64,000 nucleotides of DNA from Takakia lepidozioides (GCA_030704615.1 CM060731.1:33914001-33978000), one strand, 5' to 3'. Positions 1 to 11,200 are shown, counted from the first letter of the stretch. Made by a program: numbers and translations. Notes: generated from the sequence alone by a model not told the origin.

Positions 1-284
1 CGGTGAGTCTTGGCCCGCTCACCACGGCCCCTATGGACCGTGATGAGTCCCAAGACTCCCCACGACTCCCACCACGAGGTCTCCGCCCCCATGGTGAGTC
101 CTATGCCACCCCCACCGCAACCCGGTGTGCGGGGCTCCACCTAGTGAGCGCCTCCGCTTCCCTGAGTGCCTTGGGCACTCAAGGGTGCTTCAACCCCCCA
201 TACCTATCGCTGCCGCTGCCCCCACCACAGGGGCAGCCCCTCATGTGTCCCGACCCCCTGCCCTCAAGGCAAAGGGCCGCGACA
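1..284 (-). repeat. 3' LTR (partial)
   Basis: Matches 3636-3964 apart from a 45-bp indel and a few small differences. Ends ...GGGCCGCGACA. A purine-rich tract (minus strand) adjoins at about 285-300. Confidence 0.93.
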
Positions 285-1190
285 CACACCCCTACCAACA
301 GGGAGTCGATGTCCTCATCGACTTGTCCATTTTGTAGAAACAAACATCCAAGTTTTGGCGTCCCACATCAAGGAGTTTGTTTCCGCACCATGGCGTCCCA
401 TGGCAAAGAACCAAACCCCACACTTGACTCTACTCTCCACTAGCTAGTTCGGCCGACTTCCTCCAAGTCCCGGCCAAGGGTGGAGCCTCTCCAGCTCCAC
501 CCAGTGCACTCTTCTTGGCCTACTTCAAGGCCAAGGAACGATCCTCCCCGAGGATCGAATCGCCTTACTGCAACAACATTGCTTGCGATCGCTCATGATG
601 CCGCTTTTGGCATCACCTTGAGCAAGGGTTCACCTGGAACCCTCTTTGACTAGGAAGATAACCTTGAACCAACCGTGCGCCCCAATCACTATAATTGGGT
701 CCGCCTTGGAATGCTGGCCTGAGGTACGGGAACACGCCGAAGCCGCACTACGACTTCGTCCCGAGGCTACACGATTATAGTACGTGAACGGAAGCACGTA
801 GCTTCCGCGTTAGCCCGCACTACAAGGCAACCCCCTCGGTAGCGCAGTTATAGTACGCGCACGCGCCAGGTGCGCACTAGCACGTGAACTCCCAAAGAAG
901 TCGCAAGTTTCCTTGCCGCTTGGATGGGGGTCACCCGATTTCGGCACTACGCAAACACACGATTAACCCAATTTACCTCTCCCACTTTTATAAGCTAGCA
1001 TGCATTCTACACACTAGCCAACCATACCATGCATCACCATTCCAAACAAAATAGGACGCACAACATTTGGAACCCATTTCCTTTATAACAAATTTTTGTA
1101 CAATACAAGTTTTTGTAATCGGATTCCTAAGCTAGCTAAGCCGGGCTAAGCATGCATTTCCTCCCCCACGCTCCAAGGTTGATGTCCCCA

Positions 1191-2956
1191 TCAATGTTTC
1201 TTCCGCTTTTGAGGTTGCCCTTCGAAAGCTGCAACCGCCTCGGATGCGTTTCCCATTTCTGAGGCACGCACCCAAGATGCCTCCACATGATGATAGCCCT
1301 TCCATTTGACGAGATACTCAGTTTCTTGGTTCTTGAACCTCCTTGACTTAAGTATTGCCTCCACCTCGTACTCAGGTTCATTTTCATGATCCAATAGCAT
1401 AGGTGGCGGACGCAACACTTGATGTCGATTCGGACGCGCTTCATCTTTGAAGTAAGGCTTCAAAAGGGAGACATGGAATACTGGGTGCACCTTGCTGTTT
1501 GCCGGCAGCTCCAATTCATACACATCCTCATTCATAACCTTCCGAATGCGAAAGGGTCCCGCACACGGAGGTACAAACTTCGGACTCACTTCCGGAGGTA
1601 GTCGGAAATTCTTGATGTTCAACCAGACCTCTATGCCTGCCTCAAACTTCACTTCCCTCCGCTTCCGATTTGCCTGCCTTTCATACCGTTTCCTGGCTTT
1701 GGCAATGTTGTACTTTGCGAGCTTCAACAAACGCTCGCGTTCTTCCAGTACCGCCGCAACTGCCGGTTCCTCAACGTCCTGGGCGGCCCAACTTGTCGGC
1801 ACCAGAGGTGCTTTTCCATAGACCAGCACGAAAGGGGAAACTCCCGTTGCAGAGTGTTCTGTGTTATTATAACAGAACTCTACCGCGTCTAAGTGTTCCA
1901 TCCAGTCTGATTGGTCTGCCGACACGTAATTCCGCAAGAATTGCTTCACTACGGAATTCACTCTTTCCGTTTGGCCGTCTGTCGTAGGTCGGAAGGCGGT
2001 GCTCATCTTCAGCCTCGTCCCCATCTTCTTCCAAAGTGTCCTCCAAAATTTACTCGTAAACTTTGGATCGCGATCCGAGACAATATCCTTCGGGACTCCA
2101 TGATGCTTTAAGACGTGGGCGAAGTAAAGTCGCCCTGTCTCCTGCGCCGTTGCCGTCTCCTTGGTGGGGATGAAATGGCCCATTTTACTGAACCTATCCA
2201 CCACCACCATGATTGCATCAAATCCTTTTGATAGCGGCATAGCAGTCATGAAATCCATCGAGACGCTTTCCCAAGTCCCCTCTGGAATCGGCAAGGGTTG
2301 TAACAGCCCCGCTTGCTTTTTTGTACTCGCTCCGGTTTTGTTGGCATGTGGTGCATGTCTTGACATACTCCTCTGCCTCCTCCCTCAGTTTGGGCCAGAA
2401 ATACTCTTTCTTCAAGAGTGCCGCAGTGCGCTTGGCTCCGTTGTGGCCCGCAAGCGGGCTATCATGGCATTCTCTCAAGAGGCTATCTCTGATCCCTCCC
2501 TTCGGCACGTAGAGACGTTTTTGCTTATACCGGAGCAGTCCATTTTGCAAGTGGAACTACGATTTAACCCCCATTCTCAAGTCCTGCATCACGGACTTTG
2601 CCAGCTCATCCTTCCGGCAAGCCTTCCGGATCTTCCTTTGGAGCGCCGTCTCGCCCTTGTACACCAACAAGAGCTGCTGCTTTCTACTTAAAGCATCGGC
2701 CACCACATTGTCCCGTCCCGGTTTGTACTGGATATCCACATCGAACACCGCCAAAGTATCTTGCCACCTAAGTTGTTTTGGGGACAACTTGGGCTGCGTG
2801 GCAAAATACTTCACCGTGACATTGTCCGTGAACACCTTCACTGGGTTGGAACCAACATAGTGGCGCCAAAGCTCAAGGCAATGCACCACCGCCTTCATCT
2901 CTTTTTCGTGCGTCGGCCACCGTCGCTCCACTTCATTCAGTTTCTTACTTTCGTAC
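1191..2956 (-). pseudogene. pol 3' half: RNase H end, integrase (HHCC, rve) and chromodomain, with a stop and frameshifts
   Basis: YESKKLNE.ERRWPTHEKE; YKPGRDNVVADALSR; ECHDSPLAGH..CTTCQ; SMDF..VVVDRFSK..IVSDRD..TDGQTER; EYEVEAIL..YLVKWKGY..SW. Split over three ORFs. Confidence 0.93.
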
Positions 2957-3225
2957 TTCCCAAAAGGCTGCCGGCATGGGAGGCATCTCTTGGTTTGTCA
3001 GAGCTCTCAAGGATTCCTCGGGCTCCGACTCCTCAGATTCCTCCCGCTCTTGAGCGGCCTCGTTTTCAGAAACATTCATCGCTTCCTCAAACGGCCGCCT
3101 CGGTGACACGTCGCCCCCATCGGGCTCACCAGGATCATCATCTTTTGGGCCGTTCCGCTTTCGCTTCAGCTTGCCCGACCCCATGATGAGGCCAATCCCA
3201 AGGACGATCACGTACTGAACTCTAA

Positions 3226-3237
3226 GCTCTGATACCA
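3226..3237 (-). promoter_or_regulatory. Primer-binding site for initiator tRNA-Met
   Basis: Minus strand TGGTATCAGAGC, the canonical plant tRNA-iMet PBS. Confidence 0.93.
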
Positions 3238-3239
3238 AG

Positions 3240-3964
3240 TGTCGCGCACCTCACTTCGATAAGCTCCCCTTCAAGTCATAGTTACTCGCTTTGATGCGCG
3301 CGCCTGACTCCCAACCTGGCCGTCCGGGCCAACTTGGAGCTTCGGCTGCTCACCGGGACATAACGGTCCCCTTCACTTCCCTCTCGACCCTCCACCTATT
3401 TGGGACTAGGAGAATTCCCTTTGGTAGATGGCAGTCCGGAACAACTCCCCACTCTTTGGTCGCTTTCCGGCTCGCTCGCTTACTCACTAGTTTTTGGTCA
3501 CCAACGGGCTTGCACCGTTCTCGGGGTTACTACTCCCTATATATACTTCTGTAGCTGTCCGTGGGGGTTTCACAACCAGCCATGCCATTTTATGGCGAAC
3601 CACCACGAAGACCCTCGATTCCCGGTGGTGAGTCGCGGTGAGTCTTGGCCCGCTCACCACGGCCCCTATGGACCGTGATGAGTCCCAAGACTCCCCACGA
3701 CTCCCACCACGAGGTCTCCGCCCCCATGGTGAGTCCTATGCCACCCCCACTAAGTCCCACTAAGCTACCACCACCCATTGTGGAGCCACCCCCACCGCAA
3801 CCCGGTGTGCGGGGCTCCACCTAGTGAGCGCCTCCGCTTCCCTGAGTGCCTTGGGCACTCAAGGGTGCTTCAACCCCCCATACCTATCGCTGCCGCTGCC
3901 CCCACCACAGGGGCAGCCCCTCATGTGTCCCATCCCCCTGCCCTCAAGGCAAAGGGCCGCGACA
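3240..3964 (-). repeat. 5' LTR (725 bp)
   Basis: TG...CA with 7-bp inverted termini; the PBS follows 2 nt later on the minus strand. Confidence 0.95.
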
Positions 3965-4720
3965 ATGTGGGCTGGGCGGTTTTCTGACCGGCACCTCTTT
4001 GCCTACGAGGAGGACACATCCGTCTAGGGATCCCATCTAGAAGGGCTGCAACGGAATGTGAAGGCTCCCATCGAAGCCAAGGACTCCTCGGATTCGTCGG
4101 AGTCGGAGGAAGAGACAGTGGACATTGATGCCGAGGAGAACCCGCAATACGAGTGAGTGCAAACATTGTAAGTTTGCAAAGTCTTCTGGGTGATTTTTTG
4201 TCAAACGCATTTGCGGACTGTGGTTCTCATTGGTCTCGTTGGTGATTGTTATGTGCAGGATTCCAGGATCCGGGTCGAAACATGTAGGGCCTACACTTCC
4301 TGCCAGGAAGAATGTCCCGTTCTTTGCGAGGGCCGATTTCATGACGAGCCCGGTGAAGGACTACTCCCTTCCTAGTTATGCAGCTAAACTCGCAAATACA
4401 GCGATTAGACGATGTGAGAATCCCAGTAAAGTAGAGCAGATTTTGGAGAGGGCTAGGGAGGACAGAAGGATAAGGAAAGAGTTGGCAACACAGGTAGACG
4501 GGTGCGAAAGTTCATATGTGATTCAGCGGATGAGAGCGATGCAGACAGGGAGGACGACGAGCCAACGGAGGTGAGATGGTCGGTTCCGCAAGGTGAAGAT
4601 GGGATTTTCGAAAGCCTGGCCAACGAGCAGTCCGCTGGAGATGAGAAAGGCAACGACGGGGTGGAGGCGGAGCAGGACAGTCAAGGACAGGACGACGATA
4701 GTGATGATTTTCAAGATTAA
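3965..4720 (+). pseudogene. 3' remnant of an unknown gene with acidic C-terminus, interrupted by the LTR element
   Basis: Acidic frame (SSDSSESEEETVDID), a GTGAGT...GTGCAG intron at about 4153-4258, ORF 4230-4574, then a frameshift to a D/E-rich tail ending TAA at 4720. Confidence 0.4.
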
Positions 4721-4857
4721 TAGAATTTTCATGAACTCTCTGTACATTTAAATTCTATTCCAAAGTATATAAAGGAAATTCTCCCCGTCCTTCATGTCCC
4801 CTCTCCCATTTGCCTCTCAACGACAACATCGTCCAAACCTGGTCCCTCCCAAAATCT

Positions 4858-5730
4858 GAAATGCGGCACCGCATTTCCAAAACCGGGGCAAGAACAATTT
4901 TCCGTTTCATGGTTTGGACATCAGAAACTGTTTCCGACACGACAGTTTTGCCGATTGCCAGCTCCTTCCATGGAGGTAAATGGAAATGCAGAGGTCGAAC
5001 ATGGAAATGCGGTGCCACATTTACCTTTTGGAGATGGACATTTTCCCAACTGCAGACCCATCGACGTTCTTGGGCTCCCCATTCCATGATGCTAGACGGG
5101 AATGCGGCACCGCATTCCATTGTCCAATAAGAAATTTCGATGACGTACATGGAAATGCGGCGCCGCATTTCCAAAACGGACATCGGTGTTTGCCCAATTC
5201 CAGACCCTTTGACGGAAATGCGGCACCGCATTCCATCGTCCTATAAAAACTTACATTGTCCTATAAAAACTTTCGATTGCCCAACATGAAAATGCGGTGC
5301 TGCATTTCGAAAACAGACATTGTTGTTTGTCCAATTCCAGACCCGTGTGGGCATTCCGTCTTGATGGACGGAAATGCGGCACCGCATTCCATTATCTGAT
5401 TCGATATTTTGATGACAGACATGGAAATGCGGTGCCGCATTTCCAGAACTTCCATCGTTGTTTGTCCAATTCCACACCCTTCGACGGAAATGCGGCACCG
5501 CATTCCATTGTGCTCTCCGGAAATGTTGTGCCGCATTTCATTGTCCGGTACGAAATTTCGATGACGGACATGGAAATGCGGTGCCACATTTCAAGTATGG
5601 ACATGGACAAGCATTAGCGACTGGACATGCTTGGACAGTTCAAGGTCCAATATGGAAATGCGGCGCCGCATTTCAAATTCGAAGTATGGTAATGCCATGT
5701 CAGGAAATGAAATGTTGTACAGCATTTCCG
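4858..5730. repeat. Array of about 13 palindromic 21-22 bp repeats (consensus GGAAATGCGGYRCCGCATTTCC) with two alternating linker types
   Basis: Copies start at about 4858, 5003, 5098, 5151, 5214, 5288, 5370, 5423, 5486, 5519, 5572, 5654 and 5709. Linkers recur, giving a higher-order unit of about 116 bp. Confidence 0.9.
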
Positions 5731-6082
5731 GTACGATGACAACGGAGGAAAGGGAGCTGCCAAAAATCGCTGCATGGAGAAAAATGAATTGTGTTGCCGA
5801 ATTTCCGAGCTTCGGCGTGTACATGTTTCCTACAACTCATACATGGATTTTCTTCACCTCAGGACTCTGATATCGCTGACTCTGGTATAGTCATATGGAC
5901 AGACACATTGTACAAATGAGACCTCAAATTGTAAACAGTGGGCCAATTACGGAAGTTCTTGAACACGATGAAACACAAGCACACAGAAGTGAGGTACGAT
6001 GGGTTGTTTTAATGATCGAACACGGTGTCTCACATTTAGCAACTCCAGACAAATCTAAGCCCTTCCTCCTTCTACATGGGCG

Positions 6083-6661
6083 TCACCAAGTCGACGGAAC
6101 TTCGATAGCCCTCAAAACAAGCTCATTACTGATGCGGCACCTCGAGGTAAACTGCAATGCGGTCGATCTGGTGCCCTTGGTGGAGCTGACGACAATGTCA
6201 TGCCCATCAATGATACCACCATCATACATTGACAAGGTCACTGTGGGCCTCCTGTGCCCGTGCGATTCGTCTTCGCAACTCAACCGAATGTCTCCATACA
6301 CTGGAAAAGCGGAGTGAACTCCACGACTATAGTTTTCCCCGGTGCCGTCCTCCCTGGTCCACTGGCAGCAGTTCCAGCGCCAAAGTGAGGCCGTGCGTGA
6401 TCTGTCCGGCATCCCATTCCACCTTGGTATATCGAGGTCAACAATTTTCAGGACCCAAGGACCGCATTGACCCTCGCCCTCACCTCGCTCAAAGCGGTAA
6501 TAGCCCTCCAGATACTCCATTGCGCGCAAAGACTCCCGCTTGATTCCAGAAGCGTCTGTGAAAACAGAGAGCCAGACAATGATGTCTCCTGATTCTGGTT
6601 TGAACATAGCATAATCGTGGCCATGATAAGGGCAGTCAGCAGGATTTCGGCAACACGACAT
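6083..6661 (-). CDS. Unknown protein (192 aa), paralog A of a divergent pair
   Basis: Open frame from ATG at 6661 (MSCCRNPADCPY). Colinear amino-acid similarity to 7218-7849, e.g. WNCCQWT, YGDIR, ELVLRA.EVP. Confidence 0.75.
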   Translation of the reverse strand: MSCCRNPADCPYHGHDYAMFKPESGDIIVWLSVFTDASGIKRESLRAMEYLEGYYRFERGEGEGQCGPWVLKIVDLDIPRWNGMPDRSRTASLWRWNCCQWTREDGTGENYSRGVHSAFPVYGDIRLSCEDESHGHRRPTVTLSMYDGGIIDGHDIVVSSTKGTRSTALQFTSRCRISNELVLRAIEVPSTW

Positions 6662-6918
6662 CCCTGAAAAAGAGTAGCGAAGTACGCTCAATGATAGCAA
6701 CTCCCGGATGGAGGAGGCAGCAGCGTGGTGGCTGGAAGAAATTCAAGCAAACGCTGCAATTCCTCACAAACACTCCAAGGCACATTTAAATTCCCCCCGA
6801 CAGGAACCTGCACGGATGAAGATTGGCTCATCCATGAATGTAGCCGTTTCAGTTTCCTTCCCTGCCATGCAAACTATGGGCAGTAAGTGCCGGGTGGGCC
6901 TATAGCCACTCGAGACGA

Positions 6919-6981
6919 CGAAGTCCATCCCCCCTTCAATGTAAATGCGGCGCCGAATTTCCATCCGGGGGATGGACTTCG
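6919..6981. promoter_or_regulatory. Nested palindrome in the shared intergenic region: 15-bp perfect IR enclosing a copy of the array motif
   Basis: CGAAGTCCATCCCCC (6919-6933) and GGGGGATGGACTTCG (6967-6981). Inside is GTAAATGCGGCGCCGAATTTCC (6941-6962), 20/22 to the array palindrome. Regulatory role is inferred. Confidence 0.6.
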
Positions 6982-7217
6982 GTGGCAGATTTCAAACTAT
7001 ACCCCCTGGATGAGAAAGACGTATCGGTTCATCCACCGCTGGCGTGATGAACACGTTACACGATGATTGGTGGGTACTTGTGACCCAGATGCTCCATTTA
7101 TTGGAGCCCGCACTGCTCTTCCGCTTCTCATCATTTCGAAAATCTAAGGGCTTCGTTGCTGTCCGCAAGGTCATTGTCATCGGCATCAAAGACGTCCTCA
7201 GGTCCTCCTTTGCAAGG

Positions 7218-7849
7218 ATGTCGTGCTTCCGGAACCGGGACGACTGCCCTTATGGAGGCATCGATTATGCAATGTATTCGGCCACATTGGGAGACATCGT
7301 TATCTGGTACACAGAAATGAATATGTCTCTTCTTCCACAGTTACTGGTGCAAAATGAAAAATTATTATAATTTTTTATTAAGATTACACAGAAGATATTG
7401 GTTCGAATGTGGAAACATTGTCCGCTTTTGAGTATCTCCCAGGCCAGTACGCCTTCGAGCGGGGTGACGATCTTGGTCTGAGGAGTCCGTGGCTCCTGCG
7501 CATCCTTGATTCCGATTTTCCCAGCTACGACGGGCACCCATGCAGAAGAATGCGCACTGCTATGCTGTTGCGGTGGAACTGCTGCCAGTGGACGTGGGTG
7601 GACTCCATCGGAGAGACTTATACTCCTGAAGGAGTGCGCTCATCTTCTCCATTGTATGGGGACATTCGCATTGGTGTGGAGGACGAAAACGTGAAGCTTT
7701 CCATATTCGATGGTGATATGATTGAAGGGCAGGACATTGTGGTGAACATCAGCAGGGGCGGTACAACGGCTGCAATCCAGTTTACCTGGAGGAGCCCGAT
7801 GACTCATGAGCTTGTTCTCAGAGCAGTCGAAGTCCCATTAACAACGTGA
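7218..7849 (+). pseudogene. Unknown protein, paralog B; split by a 77-bp AT-rich insert (possible intron or footprint)
   Basis: MSCFRNRDDCPY..GDIVIW at 7218-7307 and YTEDIGSNVETLSAFEY...EVPLTT* at 7385-7849. Removing the 77 nt between the two TACACAGAA copies restores the frame. Confidence 0.7.
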
Positions 7850-8924
7850 CTTGTATTCAGAAGGCACAGGGCTAAAGATTTGTTTGCACAATCAGCACAG
7901 TAGACGTGCTTCAAATGCAATTCATGTGGATCAATAAAAACCCCATTGTGTCTGATCTTTTTGTTCTATTCTATATCCATCGTTCCCAGAATGCATCATT
8001 CCTCATTTCGTTTGCGATTGGGAGTGTGGGTGGATTTTGCAAGTGGTTGGTAGGCTGAAATGGGCCCCCATTGTCCAGAGCAGTAGCACCCTACCATTCG
8101 TGAAACATTGCCTTTCAATATGTAATTCTAAAAAACATTGCCGAACCTCCTTCATCGGGAGGTCCTTCTCCCCCTATGACCGTGACACCCTAAACCCTAT
8201 TCCCGTGGACACTCATTTCCGGAAAATAGTCCTGCTCATGTTTTTTTCGACACTTACGACTCTGCTCATGGCTCATGGCTCATGAAATAGCAGCCCCCGT
8301 GAAAAAGCAAGTATAAAGCAAATTCCCAGAGACATGTTTACCAATGATATATGTCTCGCTGGTAGTCGTTGAGAAACAAGGCTCTTAAGCTTTGCCCACA
8401 AACTCAACATCAAATGAGTGTTGAATTGGGGGGTATGACACACAACCCTGCAATCCAGCAACTTCTCACGATTTAGAAAAGACCTTTCAAAAATGAAGAA
8501 AATGAAGAGATTGAAAGGGAACTATGTGGTTCAGGGCTGGATTAAATGGGGCAGCTTGGCATCAGATGGGCCTTGGGTTGCTGCCTACAGTGAAACAGAG
8601 AATATGGCATGCTACTGGAGGCATATCAATCGCATATCAATCCTCCTTGTCCACAATTGATAGACCTCTAGAGCTGGCACCAGCAACAATCCATATTTTT
8701 CATCTAGGCCATCATCATTGCCAAAGTAAATTTGCCCCTACCTCTCTTGACATAAGATGCCTCTATTCTCACTGTGGAATTACAATGGGAGAACCATGCA
8801 CTGGTATGAATAGACTCTTATCCTCGACAAATGGGGAGAGAGGAGAAGAGAATGGAGGTACCGCCGCCCTCAGCAGTTGGTGGTTTTTTGGGGAAATGAC
8901 ATAGTGAATGCCTATAATTACTTG

Positions 8925-9190
8925 TAGGGCCTCCCTCCTATGACAACCATGTTGGGCATATCCTGCGATCATTGCATTCCAAGACACCACATCTTGTTCG
9001 GCCATATCATCAAACACTCCCTTGTCATCCTTGATGCTACCACATTCAAACTACATGTCCACCCAGGTAGAGTTTAGAACAAATACCTCTCGTACTATTC
9101 CCATTTTGAGGCTGTCCAATTTCAGGGCTACCAAGCTCGCACATTCATTGCAAATGCAACCAATTGTGACCTTGTCCGGCTTCGGCATCA
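8925..9190 (-). pseudogene. PLS-class PPR gene fragment
   Basis: KPDKVT..CASL...[28 protein letters not shown], with a stop. Confidence 0.85.
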
Positions 9191-9789
9191 CTAAAAGAAC
9201 TAGTTGTATAGTCAAATACCAATGTCATGAAGGGGGGGGATGTATCAAATTGTACACTTGAAGACTGCAAACAAGGACGACGTTTACAAGTCAATTTGAA
9301 GTTTGCAAACTGCATGACTCAATGAAGTATGCTACCTACTACTTGTTAGAGGGCTGCTTGGGACTTAGACACTTTTACGGGTTCTGTGGGGTACCCTTAA
9401 TTTTTGCGCAGACTGAGACCAACAAGAGCCTTAGGGGTGGCAGGCGCAGACTTTAGGGGGGTTAGACAGCCAGTCTTAGCCCGACACAGCTTCGCACAAC
9501 CAGTCACAGCTCGGCACAGCTTGACACAGCCTGTCACAGTACATAGGGAACAGTTATCATTGACAGGGAATGATTGTGTGGGAACGACATCTGCAGAGGG
9601 AACGTGTTACTTCAGGGGTGACGGTTAGTTAGTTAGGTGGTTAGAACAGCTTGCGGGTAGATTAGGCAGGGCGGCAACAGGAAGGGGGCTTCTGGAGGAT
9701 CACTTCTTGAGGAGGAGACGTAACGGAGAGCGGAAACAGTGAAGGGGAGATGATGACTTGATTGAGGCTTAATTCATGCAAGCTGTAGA

Positions 9790-10950
9790 ATTATACAGGA
9801 GAGCCAGCCACAGGAGTAGACAACCAATTACCTGATGCGAGTTTATTTGCAGTGGAGGTGAAGGGAAGTGCAGATGACTGGTTGCAGATACTACTTTACT
9901 CATGGTCAGTGCCCACCTAGTTATGGGAAGAAGCAGAGGAAGAGAATCGCTATCAAGGCTCTACCTTATACTATGGTAGGGAGTCATTTTGGAGAAGAGA
10001 CTACCAGTAGAAAGATACTACTTGCAGGTTACTGGTGGCCTACTTTGTTCAAGGCTGTACACAAGTATTGTAAGAGTTGTGATGAGTGTCAGAGGCTAGG
10101 ACCATTGCAGAGATCTGGGAAGATGGCTTTGCATCCTACGATGCCTACTGAATCATTTCAGAAATGGGGACTAGACTTTGTTGGACCAATTAACCCACCA
10201 GCCAAGAATACACAGAACAAGTATATAATCACAGCCACTGATTATACTACAAAGTGGGTGGAAGCTAAAGCTCTGAGGGACAACACAGCTAAGTCCACAG
10301 CAAGGTTCCTGTATGAGAACATACTTATACGATTTGGCTGTACCCTGGAATTTATCAATGACCAGGGAAGTCACTTCATTAATGAGACCATAGAACTCTT
10401 GACTAAAGAGTTCATGATTGTGCATAGGAAGAGTACAACTTATTACCCACAGGGTAATGGGCAAGCAGAGGCTACCAACAAAATACTATGTACTATCTTG
10501 GCTAAGATAGTCAATGCAAACAGAACAGATTGGGATACAAAGCTGCTGACAGCTTTGTGGTCATACAGGACTTCATATAAAGTCACCACTAAGTATACAC
10601 CATTCCAATTAGTTTATGGAATGGAAGCTTTACTTCTAGTGGAATTCCTGTTACATGAGAATTGAATGGGGAAGTAGAATGGAATTGGAAGATTCAATTA
10701 AGGTCAGAATTCAGATGAAGAGGAAGGATCAGTTTGATGAAGGTAAATTAAAGACTTTTAAGACGGGAGATTTGGTTTTGTGGTTGCAAAAGAAGGGGAA
10801 GATTAAGGCTTCTAAGCTTAAATCACCATGGAAAGGACCTTATGTCATACAGAAGATGTATGATAACAACACCGCCATGTTACAAACCATTAACAAAGAG
10901 ATGTTGGGAAGAGTCAATGCAAATAAGTTGAAGGGATACAGTGTTATCCA
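9790..10950 (+). pseudogene. Gypsy integrase (HHCC, rve, GPY)
   Basis: SHFG..GYWWPTLF..CDECQR; FQKWGLDFVGP; ATDYTTKWVEA; INDQGSHF; YYPQGNGQAE; WKGPY. Frameshift at about 10660. Confidence 0.92.
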
Positions 10951-11090
10951 TGACAAACCATTGCGGCACGACTTGCATATTGAAACACAGAAACAGTCAC
11001 GAGCTGCACCGGTAATACCAACGGAGCATGAAACACTTGTCGTAAAGCCGATTGTGTATGGCCTGAGCGGAGAACACGGGTGTTCGCATA

Positions 11091-11200
11091 GTTATCACAG
11101 CCCACCACAACATCACACAGCCTATCACAGCCCACCACAATGCCACACAGTTTATCACAGCCCACCACAGTTTGACACAGCCTGTCACAGCCCAACACAA
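11091..11200 (+). repeat. 30-bp minisatellite, about 3.5 copies
   Basis: Unit approximately TATCACAGCCCACCACAA-N-CACACAGCC, repeated every 30 bp. Confidence 0.85.

Larger units (their letters stand above)
1..3964 (-). mobile_element. Ty3/Gypsy chromovirus LTR retrotransposon, internally deleted (non-autonomous); 3' LTR runs off the window start
   Basis: 5' LTR 3240-3964 has TGTCGCG...CGCGACA termini. Near-identical LTR copy at 1-284. PBS TGGTATCAGAGC at 3237-3226. RNase H, integrase and chromodomain ORFs lie between. Confidence 0.95.

Noticed and set aside
4858-5730. CRISPR array
   Set aside because: Linkers are homologous to each other in two classes rather than unique spacers, repeat orientation alternates, no cas genes are present, and the context is eukaryotic.
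4755-5824. Many overlapping ORFs (MRCRIS / WKCGAAF / GNAAPH repeats)
   Set aside because: By-products of the GC-rich palindromic array; they appear in all frames on both strands.
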